DNA of 64,000 nt from a bacterium (GTDB taxonomy: Bacteria; UBA8248). A program made the position numbers and the translations under genes. The notes under the pieces are model-generated. The model was not told the DNA's origin. It searched no databases and saw only the letters and a list, made by a program, of their open reading frames with translations. How positions within the stretch are numbered: the first letter of the stretch is position 1; every line of letters begins with the position of its first letter. This document shows positions 10,323-25,100 of this stretch, piece after piece. The stretch covers positions 224,001 through 288,000 of the forward strand of contig CBDBZY010000064.1 of the NCBI GenBank assembly GCA_965213685.1. Reading direction: 5' to 3'.

Positions 10323-11390
10323 GCAACAAGCCACTCAAAGTTTGGCAGCATTCGCCCTTGGAACATGTGAGTTGAAGTGTCATGTGCTCTTGTCTCTCTA
10401 GCTGGCACTCTGCACTGGAACTGAAGTAGACTCTGTAATATGTGCCACTCTCTTTGGTCTCATTGAGGGAGGGGGTAAGGGAGGGACAGAGGTATGAGAG
10501 AGAGGGAGAGAGGGAGGGAGGGAGGGGGTATAGTGACTTGAGTATTATGTGGAATTGTGCAATGCTGGGATGTTTATGGGCATGCTCCTCCCGGAGTTAT
10601 TGGTCCTCTGAGACAGATTCTGACACAAGGTGTGGGGGAAAACCTATTTCTCAGAGTCCTTATTATCAGGGAGTGGGTAAACTCTCTTTGTAGGGATTGT
10701 GACAACACACCCAATGCATGTAGCTACATACAAAAACTTTTTCCAAACTCACAACTGCTTGTGCTCAAGTTCACGTTCACCCCTCCCCCTCCCCTTGATA
10801 TTTCCACCCCTGATTGACTACTGCAACCATTTCCTGTGATATGCTTGTTTCATCTACACACAAAAGTGTAGAAGTGGGGTCTATCTCTGCATTGCTTGAG
10901 AAGTTGCCATAGTTCGCCACTGCCATTCCTACATCTCTGTTCATTTTTGAACAAACTAATGATATTCACTTGTTCAACCACAATTTGTAGCTGGAAAGCC
11001 TGCTTGTGTAAACATAAGGTGTTTTCCAAAAAATTCATAAAGTCCCAAAAAGCAAGGACATTAAACCATTGCATAGGATATGTACACTATTACTGTTACA
11101 ATGGACATGTGTACAAATAGTGTCTGGGACACCACCAGGTTTTACCATAACATTCAATAGAATTTTAGGAGTGAGATGAGTGTTGTGAGTACAAGTGAAT
11201 GATCTTCAACAAATGTTTTGAAGACACCTGTCTGATACTCTAAACTGTCACACTGTGGCAACATGCAGGTATGAAGAAAGTGCTTGGCCTGTCTCAAAGT
11301 GTAGCGGAGGAGATTTTTGTTGTGAACATAGGACTACCTATAACACACAATTTGCATAAGCATTTTTTCTTCATTGTATTGAGTACAGAG

Positions 11391-11471
11391 TCCAGTGTAT
11401 AGCTCATTTATCTTGGGAAGTTGGGAACTGTCTAGACAACAGTTCCCAAGATAAATTAGCTATACACTGGA
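11391..11471. repeat. Short near-perfect hairpin
   Basis: TCCAGTGTATAGCTCATTTATCTTGGGAA ... TTCCCAAGATAAATTAGCTATACACTGGA. Confidence 0.85.
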
Positions 11472-11957
11472 CCCTCTATCTACCTCACACGTTTCTTGAT
11501 GTTCTTTAGTTATACACTCACAGTAGAGTCAGCACCACAAGTATAATTTAACTATACTGCATGGCTGGAATCAATTTGCGAACAGAATATTGGCCAAAAA
11601 GAAGCATCCGTGGTTGTTGAGTGAGCAAGATGACAATAGCATGCATGAACATATATGCAGTTCCATCCTTTATGTCTGATGTCTACCTCAACAGGAGGTG
11701 CATCTCTTCAGCAGTTTTGGCATCATATATACAGAAGGCATTAAGCTACATGAAGGTAGGCAAAGCTTTCAACATGCACAGAAAAACTACCAGTATATAC
11801 CAAGGGTACTGTGAGTATTGCATTTACAGGTGGTATTATTTGTGTTAGTAAGTGAATGTACCAAATACAAAAAGAACTATGATATTACAAAAAAATATTA
11901 TTACAAAAAGTATGTGGTTCATTACAGTAATGACTCATGAGCTGCATACTGACATTC

Positions 11958-13694
11958 TTATGGCAAGTTAGGAAGTGTTCGATACAATGTGGAATTCTGC
12001 AGTCTATCTGGTAGTGACTCAGTTATACCTTTGGGTTGTCGATGAAATACAGCCGAGATAATGTTGCAAAATTTTGTTCTCACTAAGTGTATATGTCCCA
12101 GCATGTGGTATCCTAGAGTAGATAGGGCTAATATGTGTGGTAATGTAGCCAGTGATGTAAATACTATTGCAAGTGAACGGTCAGTCATGATATGACCATC
12201 CAACCAAATAACAACAATTCCTGATAAAAAACCAATAATTGCAAAGTGAAATGTGAGAGAAAAGTTCATGTACAATGTTTTGAAAGGCCTAATGCATGCA
12301 ATAACACCAGAAAGACATAAGAATGAAAAACCAAAGGATGCATGAATGTATACATGCCACTCAAATGTATTATGGGTATATAAGTTACCCATTGGTACTA
12401 TAAGTAAAATCAACCACATTGGTGCTGATGACAGGAATCTGAAATCAAATGTTTTGTTCATTCCATCCTTGTAGCAGCTTTCAAAGGTTTCCACAAATGT
12501 GTTGACGACTAGTTGTGTTCTTGAACCTAATAGGCAGCACTTAGTGAAGATTCTACTGCGGTATAGACATAAAAATATTGTAGGGCACAAGCCAAGGAAG
12601 AACAGTAGTACTGTTGCTGTGACTACATATGGGAGGTGCTCTGAACTGAGACTCCTTATAGTTGGATCAAGGACCAGAACAGTACTTGTGATGGTCCCAT
12701 TCATATTCCACACAGGAGTTGAAAAGGTCAGACTAGCTGACGTAAAGCAGAGGCCCCAAAATGAAAGAAAAAAGAATGTTGCATATGCATGAACAATGGA
12801 GTCACTAACGCTCCATTTCCTCCTCATTTTTACAAAGCATCTGTGGAAAGGCTTCCAGAGGTAAACTGCCACTCTGAAGTTTCGTGAACGCAGTTCAATG
12901 CACATCCAGGATACAAAAATCAGCAGAAGTGGGTATATAACATAAATGTACTGTAACAGAACTACTTGCAGACTCGTCATTCCTTCGTGAAAACACAGAG
13001 GTTTAAAAATATATATAAAAGTTTGAAAATACCACCAAACCTCTGAAAATGAGAGTGAAAAATGCAAAGCAAACCTGCCACAAGTACCCATGCTATCATA
13101 CATGGAGTAATAGAATCCACTGTATATTTTTGCAACTACCACATAGCCCTGACAAAATAATACATACCCCAGAGCTTTCCCAGATGCAAAGTTTAGACGA
13201 AATGTGATGACAAGGACAAAGAATATGGTTATGGGAAACATTATCAGCAGTACAGACACACCAGCAGCAAATAGGCTGCTGCACTTGGTGCACTGACTTA
13301 TCAAAGAATTGATGGCTACACCATGTCCATTCTCACACTGGCCACACAGCAAGCCTTGCAGGTGATGGTCCTCACATGCTTTATTCAGTTCTTTAGGTCT
13401 CCTAGGCAGGGTAGTAAATGCTCGGATACTCTCTTGGTAACTGGTGAGATTTGGTGTGTATAGATAGCCACAATATCCCATTTGCAGCTCTTGAGATACG
13501 TTATCATAAGTCATACAGAAGTTCATAGCAATTGATACCCTCTGGTTTTCTTTATCACACCTGATCTGTCCTCCAAGTTCATCACCACATTCACAGGATC
13601 CATTAGCACTCTTTTTGAACCAAGTGGGGCAATGGCTGACTGCAGAGCTGACTGCCACTAGCAGAAACAGACATAAAGGTAAGGCCCGACTCAT
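11958..13694 (-). CDS. Intronless multi-pass membrane protein with signal peptide and Cys-rich ectodomain (uncharacterised family)
   Basis: 578-aa ORF from ATG. Signal peptide MSRALPLCLFLLVAVSSA; CPTWF..CECG..IRC..CMTYD..GYC..GLLCGQC..C..C; about 9-10 hydrophobic segments; C-terminal LPDRL and YRTL. Confidence 0.9.
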   Translation of the reverse strand: MSRALPLCLFLLVAVSSAVSHCPTWFKKSANGSCECGDELGGQIRCDKENQRVSIAMNFCMTYDNVSQELQMGYCGYLYTPNLTSYQESIRAFTTLPRRPKELNKACEDHHLQGLLCGQCENGHGVAINSLISQCTKCSSLFAAGVSVLLIMFPITIFFVLVITFRLNFASGKALGYVLFCQGYVVVAKIYSGFYYSMYDSMGTCGRFALHFSLSFSEVWWYFQTFIYIFKPLCFHEGMTSLQVVLLQYIYVIYPLLLIFVSWMCIELRSRNFRVAVYLWKPFHRCFVKMRRKWSVSDSIVHAYATFFFLSFWGLCFTSASLTFSTPVWNMNGTITSTVLVLDPTIRSLSSEHLPYVVTATVLLFFLGLCPTIFLCLYRSRIFTKCCLLGSRTQLVVNTFVETFESCYKDGMNKTFDFRFLSSAPMWLILLIVPMGNLYTHNTFEWHVYIHASFGFSFLCLSGVIACIRPFKTLYMNFSLTFHFAIIGFLSGIVVIWLDGHIMTDRSLAIVFTSLATLPHILALSTLGYHMLGHIHLVRTKFCNIISAVFHRQPKGITESLPDRLQNSTLYRTLPNLP

Positions 13695-13906
13695 TGCTAG
13701 CTTCAGTTCTCACTGCTATTCTGCACAATAATGGAAGCTATATACTGAAACTGCCTGTTTATCAAGAGCTACCCAAGGTATACATGCAAAACGAAAGTTT
13801 ACATAAATCATAATGTTCACAATTTTCACTATCCAGTACTCACAAACGTTGGGGGGCCATGTAAATTGTACTCTTAACTACTACAAACTTTATCTGAGCC
13901 ACAGGA

Positions 13907-14795
13907 TAAGGCAACATTGTGATTGTGTAGTACAGCCGTTTGAATGCTCTTTGCACCTCCTATACTGCAGATGAAACATGGAAGTAATTAGTTAGAAGTC
14001 AATTAGTTTCTGCAAGCTGTAGATATGCAACCCACATAACAAACATTTTTGCTAAAGAACAGTCCTATTTTTCAGTGCAAAAATTTTGGGAAATACTACA
14101 GTAGTGATTACAGTCAACCCTGGTGGAGCCAGGTGGGGGCGAAGCCTCCTCATCAGTGCTCCCAACCTCCTCATCAGCGCTCCCAACTTCGACCCTCTCC
14201 TGTGACTTGGGCGGGTATCCTCTCAGTCTCCTCTGCAGCTAAGTGCTGTTTTATAAGAATGAGATGTGGACAACTGATATGCCCAGGACACACCGTCACT
14301 TTCTGCTGCCATGGAAAGTTATATGGCTCATCTTCTCTCTTCTCCTATTTCACCTACCCCTTCCTCACTTGTTTTCTCTTTCTAACTTCTCTAAATGAAG
14401 CTGCCCCACACCTGCCTATTGACAACAGGTACACACTCCAACAGAGTAGACATGTCCATGCAGTACCATTCACAATATGTATATACCATTCACAGTACGT
14501 GTGCATGTTCTACATTCAAATACATGCACATACATGTCCACATATTGTGCACACCAAATGTTAGAACATATAGACTTTATGCTTAGAGCATTTAGTCACA
14601 CCCCTTGTCACATGCATTAACAATCCTCTGTTGACTCTCTTCTCACTTCAGTTCCATAAGCACAACATGAGGGTGGTGACTCCAAACCCTCATTATACGT
14701 TGTGGGGAGATAAAGCAATGTTGTGATTGTGTAGTACAGCTGTTTGAATGTTCATTGCACCTCCTATACTGCAGATGAAACATGGAAGTAATTAA
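13907..14795 (+). repeat. Two ~88-bp direct repeats (~13907-13992 and ~14709-14795) upstream of the membrane-protein gene
   Basis: GATAA.GCAA..TTGTGATTGTGTAGTACAGC.GTTTGAATG...TTGCACCTCCTATACTGCAGATGAAACATGGAAGTAATTA occurs twice. Confidence 0.85.
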
Positions 14796-14974
14796 TTAAA
14801 AGCTATTCACTGGACAGTGTTTCTATGAAGCAACATAATATTATGCATATGTTTGGATGGTGAATATCCATGCACACTGATGAAACAAGATCCACTGTCC
14901 TGACAGAGGCAAAATTTTAATTTCAAGTGAACTTCACATGAATTGCTTGTATGCTTTATTGTATACTCTGGTAG

Positions 14975-15265
14975 GTGTTCTGATCTCTATATACCACTAT
15001 CTAATCTAGTACACTACTAGCTTTGTAACTGCATGAAGTCAGCTGAACACCAGGAGTGTGGAAGGGTACAAGTTCTTCATGGATGGATGGGTATTTGAGA
15101 CAATGTGGAAGCTGTTTGGTCTACGTTGAAAGAATGAAAAATGTCTACGCAGTCAGTCACTTAGCACTGAGACCATGGCATTAGAATGGCATGGTGGAAT
15201 GTATACATTGCACGTGCAAGGCCAGTCTAACAAAGACTTGCTCCCATGTTGCCGCTACACCTCAG
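14975..15265 (+). pseudogene. Degenerate SWIM zinc-finger gene fragment of probable transposon origin
   Basis: Broken frames give SVEGYKFFMDGWV and VECIHCTCKASLTKTCSHVAA (CxC...CxH SWIM pattern). Confidence 0.5.
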
Positions 15266-15774
15266 CTCTTCAGAGGAAAGTAAAATGGTGCCGAGTCGTG
15301 AACAGAGCTTGCGGAAACTCTGAACCCACAAGACCTATTTCTTCTCCAATTACATTTACAGCTCATATGTCTTTGCCCTGCAGAAGTAAACTGACATCAC
15401 GAAAATGATGCCAGTGCAGCTGCTCTACAAGTCCATGCAGACTTCACTTCCATAAACTAAGATTTGCAATTTCTTTTTCACAAAATACGTACATATGTGA
15501 GAATTGATTAATCTTCCATTACGTAGGTAAATGTTGCCTTGGTGGACTCTTTGAAAAAGTAATTTTTGTTTTCCTGAAAAGAGAAGAGGTTACTATCAAC
15601 ATTATGTTACTTACGTAAGTGCTGATTAAATTATTACTTAACATACAATATATGTAAAGAATGTAGATAGACACTTGAAGTGCTAAATCCTCTGCTTAAT
15701 GGCAAAAAATGCTGAATACAACTCTTTCAGTTGAAACTGCTTGCACACATGCACCATATGAACACCTCAAACTT

Positions 15775-17023
<1,249 letters not shown>

Positions 17024-18399
17024 ATTAGATGGGACACACCTATTTTCAAGTATTGCATATATGACAGCCTTCTTAAACTCCCGAGTGGTCAGGGGCTAAG
17101 CCTTTGTGGATGCCAAATTAATGATACAGTTAGCTAATACCCCACAGTAAGTATGCAGACAAAAACCAGCTAAGCTGCTGATTTATTGAAGATTAACTCA
17201 TAACTGGCATCACTGTTGGAGGCCATTTCCAACTCTACCTTGTGGCATTTGCATGATGTTGTTCTCATGCACAGAGAGTTGCTTGTGCGTACTTTAGTAT
17301 ATATACAAAAGCAAATATACTCCTTAGCAGCATACTGCATAGAGTGAGGGTTGATCTATTCCCATTGAATTGCTATATATACAGTGGTGAAACAATATCA
17401 AAAGGGACAAGAATGTAGGAAGCAATGCAACACTTTGCACTACATGCAAGGCAGAGATGTGATGAAATGCAATAGAATTTTAATACAATCACTGTGTGTC
17501 TCGTAACTTTTATGGTGAATGTTGGCAGATATACTCAGAAGACTCAGAAGAGCACGAGTAAATTGTATGGGTGTACAATTGTGAAGTTATGCATGTGTAC
17601 ACAGTGAAAAATCTAGGGAATTGGTTAACTTATTGCTGCATGTATAATCATAACCTTCTTTACAAATTTGCACTGCTTACCCTACATTTCAATATCAGTG
17701 TACACAAAACTCTTCATCATGGATCCAACATGGATATTACATTAGGCACCATTGACTATTGAATAAAACTGGTGAAAGGAAAGCTTAATAATAGTAGCGA
17801 AGTTACACTTGCAAACCATTCTATATTCATGATACAACCTATGGGAGAAATAACATACCCACACAGAGCTCAGCATGTTGCTACAATGTCCTTTTCTGTG
17901 TACGTCTCTAGTATATAATAGTTAATGTGTACATTTGTGTTTGAATGTGGTTTTAGCACATGCCTGCAGCTAAACATGCACAATGTCATGAATAGGCATA
18001 TATACCACAGTACATATTCTGTAGCGTCAGTACATGCACAACTTACAACGCTAGGTTCACCAGTACTGCCTTCACACACAGCAGCCTTACATGGCATGAA
18101 TGAAAACTCGTACTTATTGTTGCTGTAACACTGAATAAGGAAAAAGAAGTATTTTTGCAAATGACACCATGCAGGCAAGTATACTTTGGCATAGTCCAAT
18201 ATATAACAAGTGTTCATAGAGCGCATACCCCGTGCGCATGTACAATACAGGTGTGGTGCAGATGCACTGAAGTATAGGTGTTGCCATTGTATTACATTTT
18301 GAATATATAGACAGTTCGAAGAACAAGTAGCTAAAGCACAGCATGGGTAGGTAAGTAGGTGGCTACGATATAGGCTACTAACTTCGTGTTGGCTCGAGA

Positions 18400-18841
18400 C
18401 ATACAGTGAGAGAATGTTACGACTCTGCGCTATCTAACTAGATCTATAGCTGTTGCCATTGCATGTGCATGTGGTGCAGATGTACTAAAGTATAGGTGTT
18501 GGCATTGTATCAGAAGAGAGCTTTTCATACTACACACAACTCTACGTACCGTCACGAACGTGAAACGGAGGTATACGAAACATTGCGTGAACGAAATGGC
18601 GGACTCGAGCCAGCCGGGTGAGTTTCTAACGCTGCTAACTCTCGAACGAAGCAGTTTTAGAGAAAACGCCACTTTACAGGCAACTTTTTTCACGAGATCT
18701 ATCTGTCAGGATTTAAACGAGCCCTTGAACCTTCCTCAAACGCGCAAACGGCCCAAAAAGAGCGGACAAACAAACTTTCAAACAAACAAACTGACAGCAG
18801 AACACTATACCCCTGCTGCGCATGCGCGCGCACGGGGTAAC
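18400..18841 (-). mobile_element. HINE family 3-like element (limits approximate)
   Basis: Terminal hairpin TACCCC-TGCTGCGCATGCGCGCGCA-CGGGGTAA related to 53106. Confidence 0.5.
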
Positions 18842-19177
18842 TACCAGACCATCTGACCAGTACTTTGGGCCACCAGCGCTGACACCACGTATACAGGAAG
18901 GAAATTCAAACCACGTGTCTCCGATTTCCTCACAATCATTTTACACTGATGCTGCGAGAGCAGTTCTGAGTCAGCTATACCCTGGAGTTCCAGGGTGGAA
19001 TGACCATATAGCTCTGGTCACTTCTGATGCAGGTGCAGTCAATAGCATCAAAGGGCTGAATGGCCATACATTGTGCCTCCATACAATCTGTGCCCCACCC
19101 TTTTTGTCGTTTTGCGAGGAAATTAAATTAGCCACTAGAGCGACCTCATAGGAACTTAGCCTGCACACGCGCGAGCG

Positions 19178-19339
<162 letters not shown>

Positions 19340-19544
19340 CAAATCACACGTGCATAAACACAGAGTACCATGCATCAGCAAAGCTACAGTGGTAGTTGAA
19401 TTGCCCCAATCCTCATACAATACGCAGGTATACTTTGCTATAGTGCTAGTTATAGTCCTTAGAGGCTATAGGTACACGTATATATACAGTATAAACTCAC
19501 GGAAACGAAAGCCCGATGTGGTTGAGATTAACTGTCAGTTTTTT

Positions 19545-21285
19545 AATTAATTAAATTTTTTTTATAACAATGTATGCAAAAGGCAAAGGATATGCAATAG
19601 AAATAACCTAATGCAAGTGCACACCCCACACTTACTAATCTAAATGTAAAGTATTATATCACTAGTGCATAACTTAATCATAATAATTATATGCAACGTT
19701 TAAAATGGTTCGGTGATAAGGTCACTACTGACTCAGGCAACTCATACCATGCTTGGGCTGTGTGTGGCACAAAGGAAAATTTATATGCATTGGTTCGTGT
19801 GTATATGGCAGGAATATTCTGTTCATTCTTTCACAAAAGTTTTGCCTCAGAGTAACAAAGTTGGGAGGGCTATAGCAAAGACCATGAACAATTTCAAACT
19901 AGTGCACAGGCTGGATTGGACTTGATGATCCTGTAGTGGTGTGAGTTCCACTAGCTGTAGGAGGTCTTGGTAGCCTAGGTCCCATTGCCAAGTGATCATT
20001 TTTATTCTCCACCTCTTCAAGTTGTTTAAAACATGTTCTGAAATAAAAGTTCCAATTCTGATTTGCTGATATCGTTCACTTTTTGTGAACTTACAAAACA
20101 TTTGCTGAAAATTTTATCATTTTAAGCCAAAATCTAGTAAAGGAAATGGTTAAATTGTAGTCTGTTTTACTTAAATTTTGATAAATATTTGCTATTTACA
20201 AAAAGATCACAAATGTGTGAACAATCATTTCTTACTTAAATGAGTGGAAGAATGGAAGTTTATAAATTCACAAATTTGTGAACAATCAATTTGCTTTAAA
20301 AAATTGGAAGAATGGAAGTTAAAAATTCACAAATTTGGAAGAATTGAAGTTAAAAATTCACAAATTTGATAATTCAACTGTTCGGAAAATGGTACATTTG
20401 TTGTCCATTTTGAACATTTTGCAGTAATTTTACCAAAATAGAAGATATTACACTAAAATGCTGTTTTTCTGTCAGTTTTTCCACAGTAATTGCAAATCAG
20501 AATGGGAACTTTTAGTTCAGACTGTGTTTTAGTGTTCTTTTTCAGATAAGGGTTCCATACTGGACTTGCATATTCAAGGTGTGGTCTAACAAGGGAGATA
20601 TACAGCTGCAACAAGGCTTCACTACTGGTGTTCTTGTAAAATTTTCTATACAGGAGACCATGCAAGTATATATCTTTCTAGCTTTAGTGCAAATAGTCTC
20701 TATGTGTTGTGAGAAATATAGGTTACTGGAAAGCAGCACACCCAACTTCCCAACTACTTGAAGCTTTCAACTTGCTCTAAATGTAGGCCATCAAGGGTCA
20801 ATATGGAAGAGTAGGATTGAGACTTCTTCCTCAAAACTATCATGGATTTGCACTTAGAGGTGTTTAACATCAGATGATTACTTTGTGTCCATTTTTCTAC
20901 AGATGCTACATCATTCTGTAGATGTTGGATATCCACCTGATCTTTGACTGGTTGGAATAGTAGGAGATCACCAGCATATAGCACACACTGACTACCATCA
21001 GTCAGGGGTAGGCATGCCAAGTCATCCGCATAAATAAGAAACAACAGTGGCCCGAGCACCGAGCCCTGTGGTACACCTGAAACAACTGTTTTAGAAGAGG
21101 AACACTCTCCATTTACCACTACGTTTTGCTCCCTGTTGGTGAGATAATCTGTAATCCATCTAAAAACATGGGGGTTCACTCCAGTCCATTCAAGTTTGTC
21201 AATCAGAGTTTTATGTGGAAATGATTCGAAGGCTTTGCGCAAGTCAAAGAACACAGCAGCAACATCTCTACCTTCTTCTAATATC
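19545..21285 (-). mobile_element. 5'-truncated CR1/L2 LINE, interrupted by a MITE
   Basis: FFDLRKAF, SGVPQGSVLGPLLFLIY, LYAGDLLL, YISLVRPHLEYASPVWNP. A-rich tail at ~19545-19565. Confidence 0.9.
20030..20526. mobile_element. AT-rich MITE with ~35-bp TIRs and internal tandem repeats (CA...TG termini)
   Basis: CTGAAATAAAAGTTCCAATTCTGATTTGC versus GCAAATCAGAATGGGAACTTTTAGTTCAG; internal GGAAGAATGGAAGTTAAAAATTCACAAATTT repeats; splits the LINE. Confidence 0.65.
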
Positions 21286-22116
21286 CTTATGTTATTGCTG
21301 TGCCGACAAATAACCATATATTTCATCAAAATCTACTCTGAGTCACTACAAGCATGCCAAAATTTGGCATAATAAATTACAGCTACATTGAATAGCGTGT
21401 ATGTGAATCACCAAGTTTTGTAATTGGCTATTACTGTCTTGACTTTCTTACTGTCAGCACATACTTTTCAGACCCATATACCACATTTGATTTTGTCGTG
21501 GCATTTTATATGCAGCCAGTGCTCATTTCCATCGTTGATCCCCTTCCTCTAGCTCCTACACCTGAGGTCCCAGATTAGTGCATGGTTGTAGGACTAAGTC
21601 CTTGAAATTGTATACTATAGACTGTACATAGTGGGAATGGCATATTGGAGGAAACAAGAGTTCTCCTGCACTGCAATCTTCTTAAATTTTGATGGTTGCT
21701 TGGATGGCTGAGAACCTGTGAATCCTAGCTGATGTTAGCATTATTTTTACCAAATGTTCTGTCAACTGTTGGAAATCCCGTTCCCTTGCCAGTGGTGACA
21801 TTATACTAGAGACAAAAGGCACTGCATAAGTGCAGAATAGAGTCCTTTAGTAAACACCTGAAATTAATATTATTTTTGGTTATCAGAGAGCTAGTAGACT
21901 CCCTTACCGACTCTCTATGTTGCCAACACGTCTGTAGTACGTAAACTTGGTATGACAGTACAAGCACTCCTATTCATCATTGACAGACTTATTCACACAT
22001 CCTGTTGAGGTTTTATCAACACAATATATACATCAGTATAATACACTCTTCACTATGTATATATAACTTGTACACTTCATGGCTACGCTACCAACTCTTC
22101 AGTGCATGAAATATAA

Positions 22117-25100
22117 CTAGAGAGATTGGTACTTTTCACCTCTCTTGTAGCAAGGACTAATCATAAACAAGAAACCATCCTGAAAAAGAGTGAGGTAATT
22201 TCAGTTAATTTACAGGTACAGATAACGATATAAGTAGTGTTGTGTGAAACAAAACTGTACAAAAGTCTGTTATTATGAAGTTGATTTCAACATCAATCGA
22301 GCCAATGCTCTCCAGAAATTATTACTGTGTAAAGCATTGAGGACTAGTGTGTATCTACATCTAATTTACCACTGTGCATTATGAATTTTTTTCACCCACC
22401 TTAATAAGAAAAGGCAAATCCTTCCAAAATGAATAATTGGGGATCACCTCCAAACCTCGTGCTCCTTTTTGAACATACATATAGATACCTCCAATCACAA
22501 AGTATGCTATTAATGCACCAAGAGCTCTGCAATAGGTGAAGAAAAACTGTGGTGGAGCAATGCCTTTGACATGATTCTGCAAGTAAGTCACATCCATTTC
22601 CACTCTATACCCATACAGTGGTCTATATAGCCCCTCAACCCAAAATAAAGAGTAATTGCTTGATTGCAATGTTTGATACTCATGTTTGTAATAGTATTAA
22701 CCCATTTCATAGGTTTCATAATAATATATTGGCCTGGGCCTAGGAATGCACACGAGACGTTTGGAGTCGTCATCAATGCACTATCGATATGAGTGCAGAC
22801 AATGACTTCATGTCATGGTCCTTTACAACGTTACTGCTATTGGCTTGTTGAGCATTATTTGGACCAGATGGACTACCACACAAGAACCCCCTTTAATGAA
22901 CTTGAAATGCAGTGTGACATACTGATGTCATAACTGTAATACCAGGAGGTTAAAAGTGCTGCCAGTACCTGTATGCTCCTAGGAATACCTGAATTGTATT
23001 TTGAGCCAAAACAGCTACAGAAGTCACACCAATAAATAAGACCAATCAGAGAGTCAGTAGACTCTCTATGTAGGGATGGCACCTTTTCATATATTTTTGT
23101 ATTCAGCACACTTGCTTGAATATCAGGGTTTGAATGTAGCTTTCACACAAATTTACTTCTGTTTCCACCGAGTATTATCTTTTATAAGTGCACACATTAA
23201 ATAATGAGATCACTTACAGGAAAATTATTACCAGACCTATGGGACCTGCTATGGTTCCTCCACTTCCACTTCCACTTCCACCTCCTCCATATGGAGCTAC
23301 TCCTTTGCCATTTACCTCAAAGTACTGCGTGTAAAGGAGGAAGAGCAGTAATAGAAAGAAGACAAGATGAAAATTCGATTAAAGTATGAAATAGGGTTTT
23401 ACACGTTTGTAATGTGTCATACACGAATACTTCCACAGCTACGTAGAAGAAAGGTACACAGTGTGTACAAAGGTACATAGGGTCATTTCATCTCAAACAT
23501 ATATGATAGATATTGTGGAGTTTATACACGTACATAAAGCAGTGTCTTGTCATCTTCCCTTTCATACTTAAATGTAGTAGTAGTATCTGTGTTTCTTGTA
23601 AAGGTCACTTTTGTTTCTCTGGAAAGATGGTGAAATCACAATCAGGAGTACATTTACTTTGCAGTTCAATCTTTTTTAACCAGAGTCATCTCAACATAAG
23701 CAAGCATTGTTGCAGGGAAGTCAGAGCAAAAAAGCATCATTTAAGCATGTGATAGTAATTTAACAGCCTTTCAATGACCACAATTGTCCAGACATCCCCT
23801 CCTATACATGACTCCCCTACTGTTTTGTGGCTTCCTTGTATTCATGCACATAGCCCTTAACAAACACATCCTTGTTCTGTTTGTACAGGTTGTACGGATG
23901 AAAGTAACTAGCAATCATTGCAAGATACAGTTATGCGGTATAATTATAGAGACACACCTTTTGCCATCTCCATCTTTATACATGATTTCAAACTTCAGAG
24001 AACTGGAATTAGAATTGATGATGGTCCAATTCATGTTTGTGGCTCGGCCCAGTGAGACTGATGTTTTTTGGCTCAGAATATCCTGACAAACCTGTGTAAA
24101 AACATACTCTGATAGGCAAGTATAAACATGTAAGTACTAAGCATACTGATTCTTTATGACATCCAATCATTTTGATTACTGCATTTTCATTCAAAGGGAT
24201 CTGTATATACATTGTTGTACTGCTTGAGTTCTGGTGTATTTTTCATTTCAATCTAAGACTTGAGTGCTGCGTTATGACTTCTTGTCACTTGTACAGATCA
24301 GTTAGTGGTCATGGACTGCCTAGTAAGCATGTGTAGTAATTTCAGTGTTTATGCTCAAATTTATCATGTATTCAGTACACTTTCCCAGTAAGCATGCAAT
24401 ATGATCCACAAGCACATACATAAGTAAGTACAATGAAGACAGATAATACGCATGAATGCTCACACAGAACTTACAACGCTGGGATCACCAGTACTGCCTT
24501 CACATACCACAGGCTTACATGGCATGTATGAAAATTCATATTTGTCCTCTGAGTCTGTAGCTTTAGCACTGCATGGAATACGACAATGAAAAAGGATGAC
24601 AGTTAATGTTATAACAAACATCTAAAGGTTGAAGATGTGCTATAATACCAGTACTGCTGCCCAAAATGCATAGCCAGGCTGTGACAATTATATATTGAAT
24701 TGAAGGGTGGACACCTAGCAGAAGCTAAACTCTGTAGGTAAAGAAAAATACAATCTTTTTTGTGAGTCATCTTGTACCCTTGTACCCTTATGGACACTGT
24801 GTTGAACAGGTAGAAAACAGTACCAATATGAATTCATATTCTTATAATATTCAGGAGAATTTTCCTCTCTCCATAATTATATCCCACAATAGTAAAGCAA
24901 TATTTATGGTTGTGCTTTATTCACACTCCAGCTAGATTATTTGTCTCTCAGCCAAGTCACATGATCCTCAGAAACATAAGATATAGTGCTATGAGCTCAC
25001 TAAAGAGAAGAGAAGTGGATCACTGTACAAGAGGCAGTAATACATACTAGTAGGAGGACACTGATTATACAGCAAACCATTTGTATAGCTTTTGAGCAAC

